Below, in pieces: positions 1 through 12,342 of a DNA stretch of 64,000 bases; position 1 is the first letter of the stretch, and every line of letters begins with the position of its first letter. The stretch comes from Hormiphora californensis (taxonomy: Eukaryota; Animalia; Ctenophora). The notes under the pieces were generated by a model. The model was not told where the DNA came from. It saw nothing but the letters and a program-made list of their open reading frames with translations, and made no database searches. Made by a program: the position numbers and the translations under genes. The DNA is taken from assembly GCA_020137815.1 (NCBI GenBank), contig CM035354.1, positions 5,952,001 to 6,016,000 on the forward strand, read 5' to 3'.

Positions 1-1471
1 CAGAACAGCTGAGGCTAGACCTCCACTTTTCGTCTAGCTGACAATACTCGCCAAAGGAACGTAGACCCATCGCAAAGAGGATCAAAATGACAGAGATAGA
101 GTCCCATCAAGAGATCATAAAATGCCACCTGTATCCTCAGAACCCTGTCAATTTTTCCAGGTTTACTCTCCGGGGTCGTTTGGATCGTGACGTGTCCTGT
201 TTTGATGTTTAGTAACACAATAGCGACTCCTCCAGCGAATGCAAGGAAACTCAGCACGTTCGATCGAATGAGAAACTTTCTAGAGCTGAGTCGCCCAGTT
301 GGACACCCAACACACTCATCCATGCCATTAGCACAGTCCCTTACCCCATCACAGACCCTCTTTTCATCAATCCAAGTGACCTGGTCATGTTCGGTCTCAA
401 GACCACTACAATAGAACCTCTCTGGGCAGTACAACTCATCGTGACCGTTGGAACAGTCGATGAAACCATCACAAACCTGTCCAGAGTCCCACAGATAGTC
501 GCCGTTGATGGGATCGCAGGAAAAAAGGGCTGTAAGACTGATGCCCTGTTACGCCCACTTTTCACCCTTTTGCAAAGGCCCGACAACCAGCTTTCAGGAT
601 CCGTGGTATCAGATGTTTTGTTCTGTGGGAGATACGGCCGGATAACCTTTTCACAGGCCTCCGCCTCTGGATCAGTGCTCAATCCTAAGGCCTTGAGTCT
701 ATTGCCAGCCCGGAAGATCTCCATCTGATCCATTTTTAGAACGGTACGGACGGTCTCTGATACAGATTTTATTTTGTCGCATTGCACGCTAGAGTAACCA
801 TCGCAAGACAAGAAGGATAGAGTTCTTTTTAGGTTCTGAGAACAGAGCTCTGTCTCGGGGATACACCCAGTGTAGGATTTATCGGGAAGACACTGAACTG
901 TCACGGCTCCGCTACACATACACTCGTCTGTGCCTCCCTCGCAGTTGGCTACCCCATCACACACTTGGGAGAAAGGAATGCAGCCGCCCAACTTTCCTGG
1001 ACAGTAGAACATTGGTTTTCCATTACACTGACACTCATCAGTCAAGCAGGCACTTGTTCTGGTGCATTTTACCTGGGCCTCATCGGGATCAGTACCTCCA
1101 ATAACGCACGTTATACCAATCGTAGACTGTTGCTGGAGAAATGTGTATAATTCTTTGAGCATGTCATCAGTAGGTTCTCGGTCTCCAGGCAAAAACTTGT
1201 TTTCCATGAATTGTATGAGATCAAAAACACCTCGACATTCCACATAGTTACCATTAAACGGGGTTACTGCAGTGAAGTTGGTGAACTTCCAAGTTATATT
1301 ACCATCTGGTCCTGAGTAGCTGAGCTGGTTAACGACGCCGTTCAAACAGGCCACCTTCTCGTATTCATATACACTCCCACCGGCTGGGACCATGTTCGGT
1401 GCCCTGATCTTGTACGTAGAGGGTGCTCCAAGGTGAACCAGTGTGGCAAGGAATATGATACAGGAGAACAT
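1..1471 (-). CDS. LDL-receptor class A repeat-containing GPCR (GRL101/LGR-like), intronless in the visible part, 3' end outside the window; two frameshifts
   Basis: Signal-peptide-like start MFSCIIFLATLVHLG at 1471. LDLa modules: CIPFSQVCDGVANCEGGTDE, VCDGFIDCSNGHDE, VCDGVRDCANGMDE. TM1 NVLSFLAFAGGVAIVLLN, TM2 VAFYDLLMGLY, then in another frame EYCQLDEKWRSSLSC, typical of ECL1 in this family. Frameshifts at the A6 run ~521-526 and near ~90. Confidence 0.8.
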
Positions 1472-1480
1472 GATCACAGT

Positions 1481-1585
1481 CCTGTACCGAATCATGATAT
1501 ACTGGTCCCTGATTGGCTGATAACCAGTCACGTGACCTAAATAACGAGTTCTGATTGGTCGTTTACTCGTTTCGGTCGGTTCCTG
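1481..1585 (-). mobile_element. Short dispersed repeat/MITE (QPIRTRYLGHVTGYQPIRDQY family)
   Basis: Minus strand CAGGAACCGACCGAAACGAGTAAACGACCAATCAGAACTCGTTATTTAGGTCACGTGACTGGTTATCAGCCAATCAGGGACCAGTAT..., with two CCAAT boxes and GTCACGTGAC. Family recognised from memory of ctenophore gene models. Confidence 0.7.
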
Positions 1586-2081
1586 CTGTACTTTTACCGG
1601 TTCGAGGAGGGTTCCTTATACAATATACATCCTAAGATGGTTTTTGGTATTTCGTGCCAGGCTAGAAATACAGGCGAAAAGGGCGTGGCGCGGAAAGCCA
1701 ACACACATGGGAGCGTGCGTCATTATTTTTTGGTGATTCTGGGGACCTATCTGAGCACTTTGGCGGTGGAAAACAAAACTTGCAAACTACTTAGTTACCA
1801 AAATCACCTCATTTTGGCATAATTTTCCTGGCCTAAAAAGGATAATCATTCGATGCAGACACAATAGGAAGGGGACCTATGAATACATTTTGTAACAATA
1901 GAAGGCCCTGGGTTGGGAGCGTGTCTACCTTCCTTTAATTGTATATCTTGAAGTGGATGATCCCTTTAACAAGCAATGGAATTATTGGAACTATTGTTTT
2001 ACAACAACTAATTATATATCCCTTTTTTACTCATATCCCCCTTTCCATGATTTCTAATTCTAAACACTAATTACAACTCAG

Positions 2082-2900
2082 GTTGGCCTCCCAGCTAAAA
2101 GCAACAAGGCGGGTGCACTAATGTTGGTGATTCCTAATGTCCTTGGAATGTGTCTCTACTCTCCAAGGCTCGACAGGAGCAAGAATCCCCTTCGAGCTCT
2201 CAAATTCTGTAAGGTAGGAAAATACCCTCGCACCGAGAATAAATATAGGATCAAGAACAATAGGTCAATAGAAGGCTCCCCTTTTTATTTCTCTTTGTCT
2301 TGTTAAAAAACTTTAAGGTGGGTGGGGGGCCTCCGTCAATACAATAAACGCTATAACAAATAAATTATTTAACCTAAAACATTATTATTTATACAATAGA
2401 TTAATAATTTAACCTAAAATATTGCCGTCAAGCACTAAATATGTATGACGTTTGGTCCCCTCTATCGATTCAAACAAATGCCATAGATAATGGCCAATGG
2501 GGGTGATAAAACTCATTTTATTTAGGGTGGTCCGGTACCTCTAAGCGAAGCCCGGAAAATTTTTGAAGTTTTGGACAAATGGTCAGGGAAAATAGTAAAC
2601 TTGATTTGTAACCAGTTTAATAAAATATTGCTATCTCCAGGAGTTTACAAAGAGGTTTGTGTTCCACCAGTTCGACCCGACCCTCACCAACACGGGGGAG
2701 AAGTGTGATCCCCGTAGACAACGCTTCTCAGAGAGCAAGGTAAAATAGTAGCTGGTGCGATCCGTGGGGCACTAGTGTAGAACGTTTCATTCATTATTCA
2801 TCACGGTTCAATATTCATTCATTATTCATTACGTCGCGCTACATGTTTTCATTTAACAAATCATTTATTATATTTCAGCGCAACAAAATGAGCCAACAAA

Positions 2901-2979
<79 letters not shown>

Positions 2980-3762
2980 TGGGTCTGACCAAAAAAGTTA
3001 GATGGCCCCCAATTAGATTCACCGGAAAAATAAAGGGATGAATAGGCCGAGCCGCCGAGAATATATAAATAAAAAACACAAAATATCTGCCATAAGTATT
3101 TTTATAGAATCCCATACCTATTTCCAATAGCTGGATATAATATTTGCTTATGAGGGTGAACTTTTTTTGCGCAAACCATGATAAGTAATACAATTATCGT
3201 AGTTCAGATACTTACAATTATCAATCTCAGGAACAGCAGAATCTGACGTTGATTTTTGCATCTCTGGAAGGTAAAATGACAACCCTGTACCGGTATCTAA
3301 AGGAGGGTGTTAACTTCGATTTCCCTGATTATGATGGCCGGACGGCTATACACTTGGCTGTGTGTGGGGGTAAGTTATACTGAGAACTGGGTTCATCTTA
3401 TAATGGAGTGTCTTTTCAATCATGTTATCCCTCTCACTGCCTGTCTGGTAGTGTCCGACCCTGTTTTGATTCTCAAAACCCCGTTTTGATTCTCAAAGTG
3501 CACTCATATCGGGTCAGCGCCGATATCCCTCTCACTACTGCCAGACTTGTTCAGTTTAGGATTGATAATACCAGTAATACCATATCTGTATCCTGCAGGT
3601 AAATTGAACGTGGTAAAGTTCCTGATTGAGAAGGCCAAAGTACAGATAAACCCTAAAGACAGGTGGGAGTGTACTCCCATGGATGATGCCATTAAATACA
3701 ACCATGGTGAAGTTATTGCGTACCTCAAGGAACATGGGGGTAAGACAGGAGCTGATATATAA
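2082..3762 (+). CDS. Glutaminase-like protein with C-terminal ankyrin repeats, paralog 1 (last 4 exons; 5' part outside the window)
   Basis: Exons 2082-2213 (VGLPAKSNKAGALMLVIPNVLGMCLYSPRLDRSKNPLRALKFCK), 2641-2739 (EFTKRFVFHQFDP...CDPRR), 3231-3369 (ankyrin, DYDGRTAIHLA), 3599-3762 (VVKFLIE...DRWECTPMDDA). All GT-AG and in frame; same intron positions as paralog 2. Confidence 0.9.
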
Positions 3763-4505
3763 TGATTCGTGAGGTGATCAGTGAAGAAGGAAAGAGAGAG
3801 TGTGTGTGTGAATTTGTGTCTTCGAATGAGTGACTTAAAATCAGTGCGAGTTGTTGATTCTGTGTGAGTGAATGAGTTTGATTGTGTGAGTTTGTGATAT
3901 ATTTTGTTCCCAATTCAATAATGAACGGGTAATCAACTGATTCAATATTACCCTTTGTGGGGGTCAAGCGATGGGGAAGCTGGGGCAATTATAATCACTC
4001 GCCAATCAATCCGTTAATTGGAGTCTGGAGATCAGATAATCACGTTTCCTAAGAACTTAGTATAGAAATGTATAATCATGGTCATGTTCTGATTCTTTCT
4101 CCTTTGAACTGCATCTCTCTCCCTGATCTTTCTACCTCTCTCTACATATATTCATGGAATCTTTCTATCTAGGTCCTTGAGACTTAGTGCATGAGCAGCA
4201 TAACGTGCAGAAATATATTGTCACATGATTTCTGTAGATACGGTGAGAAGAGTTATTCAGCTAACTCGCAGTAGATGCATATTATGATGGTAAGGAAGCT
4301 GGACTGCAGCACTCACTGCCAATAAATCCTGCATTGTACTAGCGTTCTGACAACTTTTTGCGGTTTTGCACCTTCGGGTATCGTGAACAGTACGTTCTAA
4401 GATCGATTAGTTGTTGAAGTGAAACATTGTTACAAATTAGTTGGTTAGATTGTTGACGAAATTGTATCTGAACTCGACATGATCAGTATTATAATTCTTG
4501 ATTAG

Positions 4506-7500
4506 ATGATTCTGCTCTCTGAGTCCCAGTCCCGCCTCATGATGAATGATGGGAGCATGGGTCGTCCAGGGACGTCTGAAAGTGAGAAGAAAGATAAATT
4601 CAGGACTCTTTCTGCTTCCAAACTATCCGGGTAAATACACTTTATGTCAGGTTTCTGGCTTCATCTGTTGATCCTGAGTCCTGAAAGAACTGGTATTTGT
4701 AATCCACTCCCTTAGTGAAACCTAATTTCATCAAGTTAGGCCATCTACCTACATCCCACAATCTCATCGAAGACACATGTATTGCAAACGTACCTACTAT
4801 AATCGCTTCCACGTGTACACTGTTATACGTACTGTACAAGAACCGTCCCTATTTGTGCACTGCAGAACTGTAAATTAGTGTCCTACATGTGCTCCTTTCT
4901 TGTGGACGTGTGTATCTAGCATGTCGCGTAAATTTGATTTTGAGTTTGACAACTCAAGTAGAATTGGCACTACCATCACACCAACAACTGGTATTGGGGA
5001 TCAGGAAGGTGTACCAGCTAGTTACCCCGCAGTTGCTGTTGCTGTTACTTCACCCGATCAGGGTTTGGTGGACGCTGAGTGCCACAATAATGGGTTTCAA
5101 TATGGTGGAACTGGTTGGGACAGTGTCACCACTAGCCTGCCCCTTCCCAGAGTAAGAAACAGGTATGACAGTAGGCCAGTATGTGTTACAGTTTCCGTCA
5201 GAGTGCTACGGAACCTTGCATGAACCACATCCTACATCAGCACAACTTCAGTAATTCTATTACATATTCTATTCTAAAACCCCTCCCTTTTCTCCTAAAA
5301 ACACTGACACGTGCAGTTGTCTGTCAACTGATTTGCAGTACATTTTGCAGTCATGTTTCTTGCACCACCTTCAGTCCCGAGAAGACAACGTATACGGTCA
5401 AATATTTCTAGAAAGGGTTTTGATGCACGGTATGTACAAGATATTTCACATTTTATAATTTTGAGTTCCGGATAATACTGTGTGGGACTTTCTATAGCAA
5501 AATGATAGCTTCACAGTCACATAGTCGAAACAGTTCCAGGGCACTTCCAGGGTCACTCTAACTGAGCAACGAGCATGTTTTCTCTCCCTTTCTCTCCCTC
5601 ACTCCCTTTTATGACCAGTTATTATAGTTACACGCTTCCGCAAACACTAAGCAACAGATGCCACAGACTCCTCCTCTGTTTTCCCTTCTTTCTCAACCTG
5701 TATTGCCAGCTAGTTGATATATAGATCGTTAACCAAGACTAGGAATATGTTGATGGGATTTGGCTGTGCTCAACTAATTGACAGCTACTTTGACTCATCT
5801 GAATAACCGCAAAAAGGCTGTTTGCACTTATCTCATTTCTGTACTACACGAGTCTGTGTAGTGTGCAGTATGTGAGAGTCTTTTTGCAGTTTACCAGACC
5901 CATCGCTTTACTTCTCCCTGTCCCGCCCGTTCCCAAGTACAGTATCAGGGAGAATTAACACGGGTGGCAGGTGCAGACACCCTTTTCCTCCTGTTAATAT
6001 AGCAAATGCAGCAATTTCCATGATACGCTCACTCTCTCCACAGCCTCCTCCTAGCTTGTTATTATTCCCCAGTATAACATATTTCTGTTGCTTTCTCCTT
6101 AGCAGCTTAGTTCTGCCTTGCGGCTATCGGTTTCTCCGTATCTTTCTTATCAGAGGTGTTAGTCTCTCAGTATCATGACCCGGAACTCACCGAAGACCAG
6201 AAAACGTCTTGACTATGCAGAGTAGGTGATCAAAACCATTCTAAAACAACAATAAAAAACATGTCTCCAAATCCAATCATTTATGAATGAAGTCATCCCA
6301 TGGTCCTGAGATCCATCTTGCAAAACATCCCTTCGTCCCAACTTCATATTATATTCAGGGTCGGCTAGTATAAAGCTGGTTATCACGTGTGCTCTAAGTA
6401 AGATTACTATTTGAGAGTGGAATATATGTGTGTTAAAAGATCGTTATGTAGAACTCGATCTGGCACTGAACTGCATGTGAAGTTAGCGTGGAAGTCCGTG
6501 CCACGTCTAGAGAGAGTGGACGGTCTACTTCTCTTTATATTCAGTTTCCTTCCAATACGTTCATTCAGTCTAGTTTGTTGTATCTCATCTGTTATAATTA
6601 TGGTCGCCAATACCTCTTCTACCCCGACAACCCCCGCTAAAACTCACCGGTTTGGTACCCCCACACCACGAATGATACAAGCTGGGCAGAAATCTAAATC
6701 ACCTGGGTAAAGAATGGGTTGATGCATATCTTACAGAAAGAGATATAGCACAGCAGTAGTCCTTCTAAAGTCAACCCCATATATTAGCTTGTTGATAGTT
6801 ACTCAGCAACTATCAGCTGACTCTATCTCTACCTCTCATCTAACCAAGAACCCCCCCCCCAGGTCCGATTCTCTCTCCTATAATTATGATCCCCATCCCC
6901 TGCAGGTCGGAGGTGAGTAACGTGGGAGCCCCTGAGATAGAGGAAAGGCTGGTGAAGGACTTTACTGATGATGATGGGGTGGATATTGTGGTGGCTAAAT
7001 TCCTTAAGGTATACATGGTGTTACCATGGTAACTAGGGGTGTTACCATGGTAACTAGGGGTGTTGCCATGATGACTAGGGGTGTTGCCATGGTAACTTGA
7101 ATATCAGGGCTGTATTTATTGAGAATGCCACCATTTGACCAGATAATGTCTGATTTATAACATGTTCATGGTTGTTCATTAACAATTTTTCCTTGTGGTA
7201 CACCAATTAACACTGCCTGCTCACACCTACTCAACCAACACCCTTCTTCCCTCCAGGGTCTCCAACAGAATGGGTTACGGCCCCTTTCTGACCCCCGATT
7301 TGAGAGTACCATGACTAAAATCAGGAGCTTTTGCCAACACAGATGATGCCTCTACAATCCCTGAAACTATGAACCTTGATGATTTTAGACGGTACATGAT
7401 CCACTCAATATTTAACCTTAATTCTTGATTTGGCCACCGCTAATTTATTGGAGAAAATCCTTCGATGTTACAATGTTACATCAAAAGAAACCGCGGTACT

Positions 7501-10500
7501 CTCAATCTAGCCAACTCTCCCCTTGAGTCGCCTAACACTTTTTTGAATATAAAATGAATAATTGAACTCTCCCTGACAATGTGTTCTTTTTTGAAATATA
7601 AATAAACAACTCAACTCTCCCTGCTACAGGGCTCTGACCTCAAACATGGTGTTCATTCAACAGACCCTGTCAGGGAACCTCATTATACCAGAGTGGAAAC
7701 AGTTTACTGACATTATAACAGAGATATTTGATGCGTGCAAGGATGATACTGACGGGAAGGTAAATCAGCTTTTTCTAGACATTGTACTGCTAGTAACCTT
7801 GAATACAGTCTTACTAAGATTATCTTAGTCCTGCAACAACCTCTTTATCCCAACCCCGTCAGGAATTGTTGAGTAAGGGGTCAACTCAACAATTCAGTGA
7901 CACCCTTCCTCTCCAACCTCAGATCCACGACATGGCACCAGGCTCCACAAAATCTGCCAAAACTCCAGAAGGACAAGTTTGCAATTTCCATCTGTACAGT
8001 GGACGGTCAGAGGTTTAGTTTGGGTGACTTATTGTAGCAAGGGTGTATCGGAACAGAACAACTTCCCTCTCATGGATCTAACTCGTGTCTTACTGTACAC
8101 TATTGCCTGTACTGAGAAGAGTGTCGAGTATGTTCACAAGTAAGTCGTTCTCTCAAACCGCTTTACAACATCTCCAGAACATTCTATAGCCACCTTTCTG
8201 AGGTAGTATACAGAGCACAATGCACGTGTAACTATACTCACACTAATATTTAAACAATCTTCATTATCTTAAAATTGGAGGATTAAACTTATCCAACTAT
8301 GACCGTCTTACAGGTACATTGGCAAGGAGCCAAGTGGTTCGGAGGGAGAGGCACTGACTCTAAAAGACGGGAAACCACATAACCCCCTCATGTTAACGGG
8401 AGGTCTCGCTGTCTCATCTCTCATCAAACCCGCCCTGTGCTTCTCTGAACGATTTGAATACTTTTACAACAAGGTCCAAGCGTAAGTTTCACAATCATTT
8501 GTGTGATCATTATGGTACGTGATTTCCAGTATCAAATTGGTAATCATACCAAATTGGTCGCACAGCATACTGAGTATGGTAACCATAATGGCACATATAA
8601 TTAATTTCCGCCGTCTAGGTTCGCAGGGAAGAGTGAGTATGTTGGGTTCAACAACTCCCTTGCCCTATCTCTGAAGGATCACTCCAACAGACTGTACGCT
8701 ATCGGCCACTACCTCAGGGAAAACAAATGTTTCAATCATGAACAATCGGTAAGATAACAGCACATTTTAGTCACCATTACTATTTTCTGTTTTTCATAGC
8801 AACATTTTTTTTAATGTTATGACCGTTCTTTTACAAAAAGTTCTGCCACCATGGCCGAGCTCGGTGAGAGAGGGACGAGAGTAGAGCTCCTTGTTACTAT
8901 CCCTCATCACCATTTATATTGACTTCTCCTCTACCGCTGACGGAATTCTATGAATAATGCTAAATCAGCTGATGGGAGGTCCCCTATAGTTACCCCCATG
9001 TCCCCTTCATCTCAATACTAAACCTGTTGCTAGGTAACGCTGGAACAGACCATGGAACTGTTTATACACTACTGTGCGATTGAAACTAACTGTGATAGCG
9101 CGGCCGTCATGGCAGCAACACTAGCTGCTGGTGGAATATGCCCTTTAACAGGTACTGTACCGTATGCGGCAAAAAAAAGGCCCCCCCTAGACCACCATAG
9201 TTGCCGATGTGGTGGAGAGCTGTAACTTGGCAGGGTTGCTCCACTATGTCTATCTTGATCCTGACAGAAAAATCAGAGCTCTAGCTCAAAATTCATTTTC
9301 ATGAACGGAATGAACTTCTCCGTTCCTTCGATATGAGACCCCCTCATCATTCAGAATTTTTTGCCCGTCTTTGGCTAACGATTATCTTTGTAATGAGACC
9401 AATTTGAGCATAATCTGATTACCAGGAGAGACACAGTGGAGGGTTTTCCGACCGTCACTCCTGACATGTGATCCAGGCCCGGTCACGTGGTGAAAAGTGG
9501 GTTTGGGGTGCTGTTAACATGTCTCAATAACGGATTATTGCTCTCATATCCCTTGAATATCCCTCCACAATGCTCTCAAGTCACTTTGTGATGCTGATTG
9601 ATTGGGTTCATGTCACCAGTTCTTGTCAAAGTTCTCAAGCGGCCCGTGATACGAGATCATTTCATCAAGGAGGGGCCATCTTGTGTCACTAATCAGCCTA
9701 TCATCTCACATTACACTAGCCAAGGGATCTGGGGTATTTAAATCTTCAAATGTTCATCAAAATCATTCCCAATCGTTACTTGCAATGCATTTTACACCCG
9801 AACAGAGGAACTTCATCTGGCTCAAGAAGGAAACCAACACCCTCTACCCCACCATCGAACAGGAGTTCTTTATAAGGTTTGGCCGCCATGCCCCATCCAA
9901 GAAGTCCTGCAGAAAGATCCATCGGACAGTTTCAGACGAGGGCCACTCCAAAAACAACAATCCTGGACGATCCGGAAGGAGGAAGTCTGCTACAGGTTCT
10001 GCTTCCACAACAGCAGTACTGAGAGACACACAGACAACACCAATCCAGTTCACCCGCAGGAGAGCGATTAGACTGGCGACATCTGCGAGATGATAAAGAA
10101 CTCCTGTTCGATGGTGGGGTAGAGGGTGTTGGTTTCCTTCTTGAGCCAGATGAAGTTCCTCTGTTCGGGTGTAAAATGCATTGCAAGTAACGATTGGGAA
10201 TGATTTTGATGAACATTTGAAGATTTAAATACCCCAGATCCCTTGGCTAGTGTAATGTGAGATGATAGGCTGATTAGTGACACAAGATGGCCCCTCCTTG
10301 ATGAAATGATCTCGTATCACGGGCCGCTTGAGAACTTTGACAAGAACTGGTGACATGAACCCAATCAATCAGCATCACAAAGTGACTTGAGAGCATTGTG
10401 GAGGGATATTCAAGGGATATGAGAGCAATAATCCGTTATTGAGACATGTTCAGCACCCCAAACCCACTTTTCACCACGTGACCGGGCCTGGATCACATGT

Positions 10501-12342
10501 CAGGAGTGACGGTCGGAAAACCCTCCACTGTGTCTCTCCTGGTAATCAGATTATGCTCAAATTGGTCTCATTACAAAGATAATCGTTAGCCAAAGACGGG
10601 CAAAAAATTCTGAATGATGAGGGGGTCTCATATCGAAGGAACGGAGAAGTTCATTCCGTTCATGAAAATGAATTTTGAGCTAGAGCTCTGATTTTTCTGT
10701 CAGGATCAAGATAGACATAGTGGAGCAACCCTGCCAAGTTACAGCTCTCCACCACATCGGCAACTATGGTGGTCTAGGGGGGGCCTTTTTTTTGCCGCAC
10801 TGTAGTAGTACTGTAGTAGTCAGTTTGGGGACTCACATTGTGAGGGATAGTTTTGGAAGATTAGGTCCAACAGCTAAATATGCTATTTTCCTCGTCAAGC
10901 CCACTCTACTTTGTAACAACAAACTTTGCCAGGGGAGAAGGTGGTGTACCCTGAGGCGGTTAGAAACTGTCTTAGTATGATGAACTGTTGTGGAGTTAAC
11001 GATTACAGCGGAGAATTCATGTTTGAGGTGAGGATTTAGACAAAGAAACATTCAGAATCACTTACTGACTTTACCACTGACCGAGTAAAATGCCCGAGAA
11101 TATATCTTACATGAATCACTACTGTTTCTATGATTTCTGATTTCTAACTACGCTACCACCTTACTCAACACCTAACCTACTAAACAACTACCACCCTCTC
11201 AGGTTGGCCTCCCAGCTAAAAGCAACAAGGCAGGTGCACTAATGTTAGTGATTCCTAATGTACTTGGAATGACCATTTGGTCCCCAAAACTGGACAGGAG
11301 TAGTAATTCAGTGAGGGGAATCAAGTTCTGCAAGGTTAGAACCCTTCTTTATCCATCCCTCGAATCAGATAGAATACCCAGTTATTCGTCTGTCTGGCGG
11401 CGCCTAACCTCGTTTTGATTCTCAGATCGTGCCGGCACCACCAGACAGATACTCGTAATATCATGCATGTTGCTTGTGACAATGTCCCAATCCCCAAATT
11501 ATGTTTCAGTTGTTTACCGAGCGGTTTGTGTTCCACCAATTCGACCCTCCCACGCGGGGAACTAAGAAAATAGATCCCAGGAGAAAGGATTTCAACGAGA
11601 GCAAGGTTAGTCTCAGACTCACTCTCAGTTTGTGATTCTGTCTTCAACCGTTTAGTTCTCATGAATAGCCTATCCCCCTCTAACTTGTTGTTACTCAACA
11701 TCGTCTAACCATCCTCTCATGAAATAAACAGCTGTTATAGCCTATCCCCCTCTCAACATTGTCTAACCATCCTCTGACCACCCTTTATAATTCCACAGGA
11801 TCAGCAGTCCCTAACGATCCTGTTCTCTGCCTACAAGGGAAACATGACAACCCTGTACCGATATCTAAAGGAGGGTGTTAACTTTGGATGGCCTGATTAT
11901 GATGGCAGGACAGCCCTTCACCTAGCTGTTTGTGGGGGTAAGTAATTACACATCAGAAACTATCACTGAAACCCACTGGTTCCATATTTGTTAGGTTACC
12001 CAAATTTCAACTTTTATTTCCAAAAGGGGGCACTCCGTTCTCAACCCCAAAGTATGCCAATCCTGATCCTCAGCCTACCTTCCTATCCTACCCTCCTATC
12101 CTACCTCCCTTCCTATCCTTCCTCCCCTCCCCTCCTTGTTGAGTAACCCCCCTCTCCCCCCGTCTCCAGATCAGTACGAAGTGGTAAAGTTTCTGATTGA
12201 AAAGTGTCACGTGGATCTGAACCCCCTAGATAGATGGGAGAACACACCACTAGATGACGCTGCTAAATATGATTTCCAGCAGATCATGGCCTACCTAACC
12301 AAGAAGGGAGCCCAAAAAGGGGCCGAGTTGACGGCGGTGTGA
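4506..12342 (+). CDS. Glutaminase-like protein with ankyrin repeats, paralog 2 (13 coding exons; active-site residues substituted; three 1-nt frameshifts)
   Basis: Exons ~4506-4630 (alternative 4921-5162), 6906-7008, 7257-7391, 7630-7759, 7923-8139, 8314-8482, 8619-8748, 9034-9151, 10933-11027, 11203-11334, 11510-11605, 11799-11937, 12170-12342. GLS motifs ICTVDGQR, YIGKEPSG, KPHNP, AVMAATLAAGGICPLTG, VGLPAKS, DYDGRTALHLA. Extra bases at ~7330 (T4), ~7950 (A4), ~8029 (TT). Confidence 0.88.
7020..7096. repeat. 21-bp minisatellite, 4 units, each carrying an RFX X-box-like palindrome
   Basis: GTTACCATGGTAAC x2, GTTGCCATGATGAC, GTTGCCATGGTAAC separated by TAGGGGT. Confidence 0.85.
9160..10802. 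mobile_element. Tc1/mariner-derived foldback element with ~705-bp inverted arms and a truncated transposase HTH
   Basis: Arm 9165-9873 is the reverse complement of 10093-10799. Right end ...GCCGCACTG|TA is a Tc1-type terminus. ORF MHFTPEQRNFIWLKKETNTLYPTIEQEFFIRFGRHAPSKKSCRKIHRTVSDEGHS...GRSGRRKS resembles the N-terminal HTH of Tc1/mariner transposases. Confidence 0.85.

Noticed and set aside
5640-6790. Possible decayed antisense gene in glutaminase intron 1
   Set aside because: Only short ORFs with many stops and no identifiable family motif.
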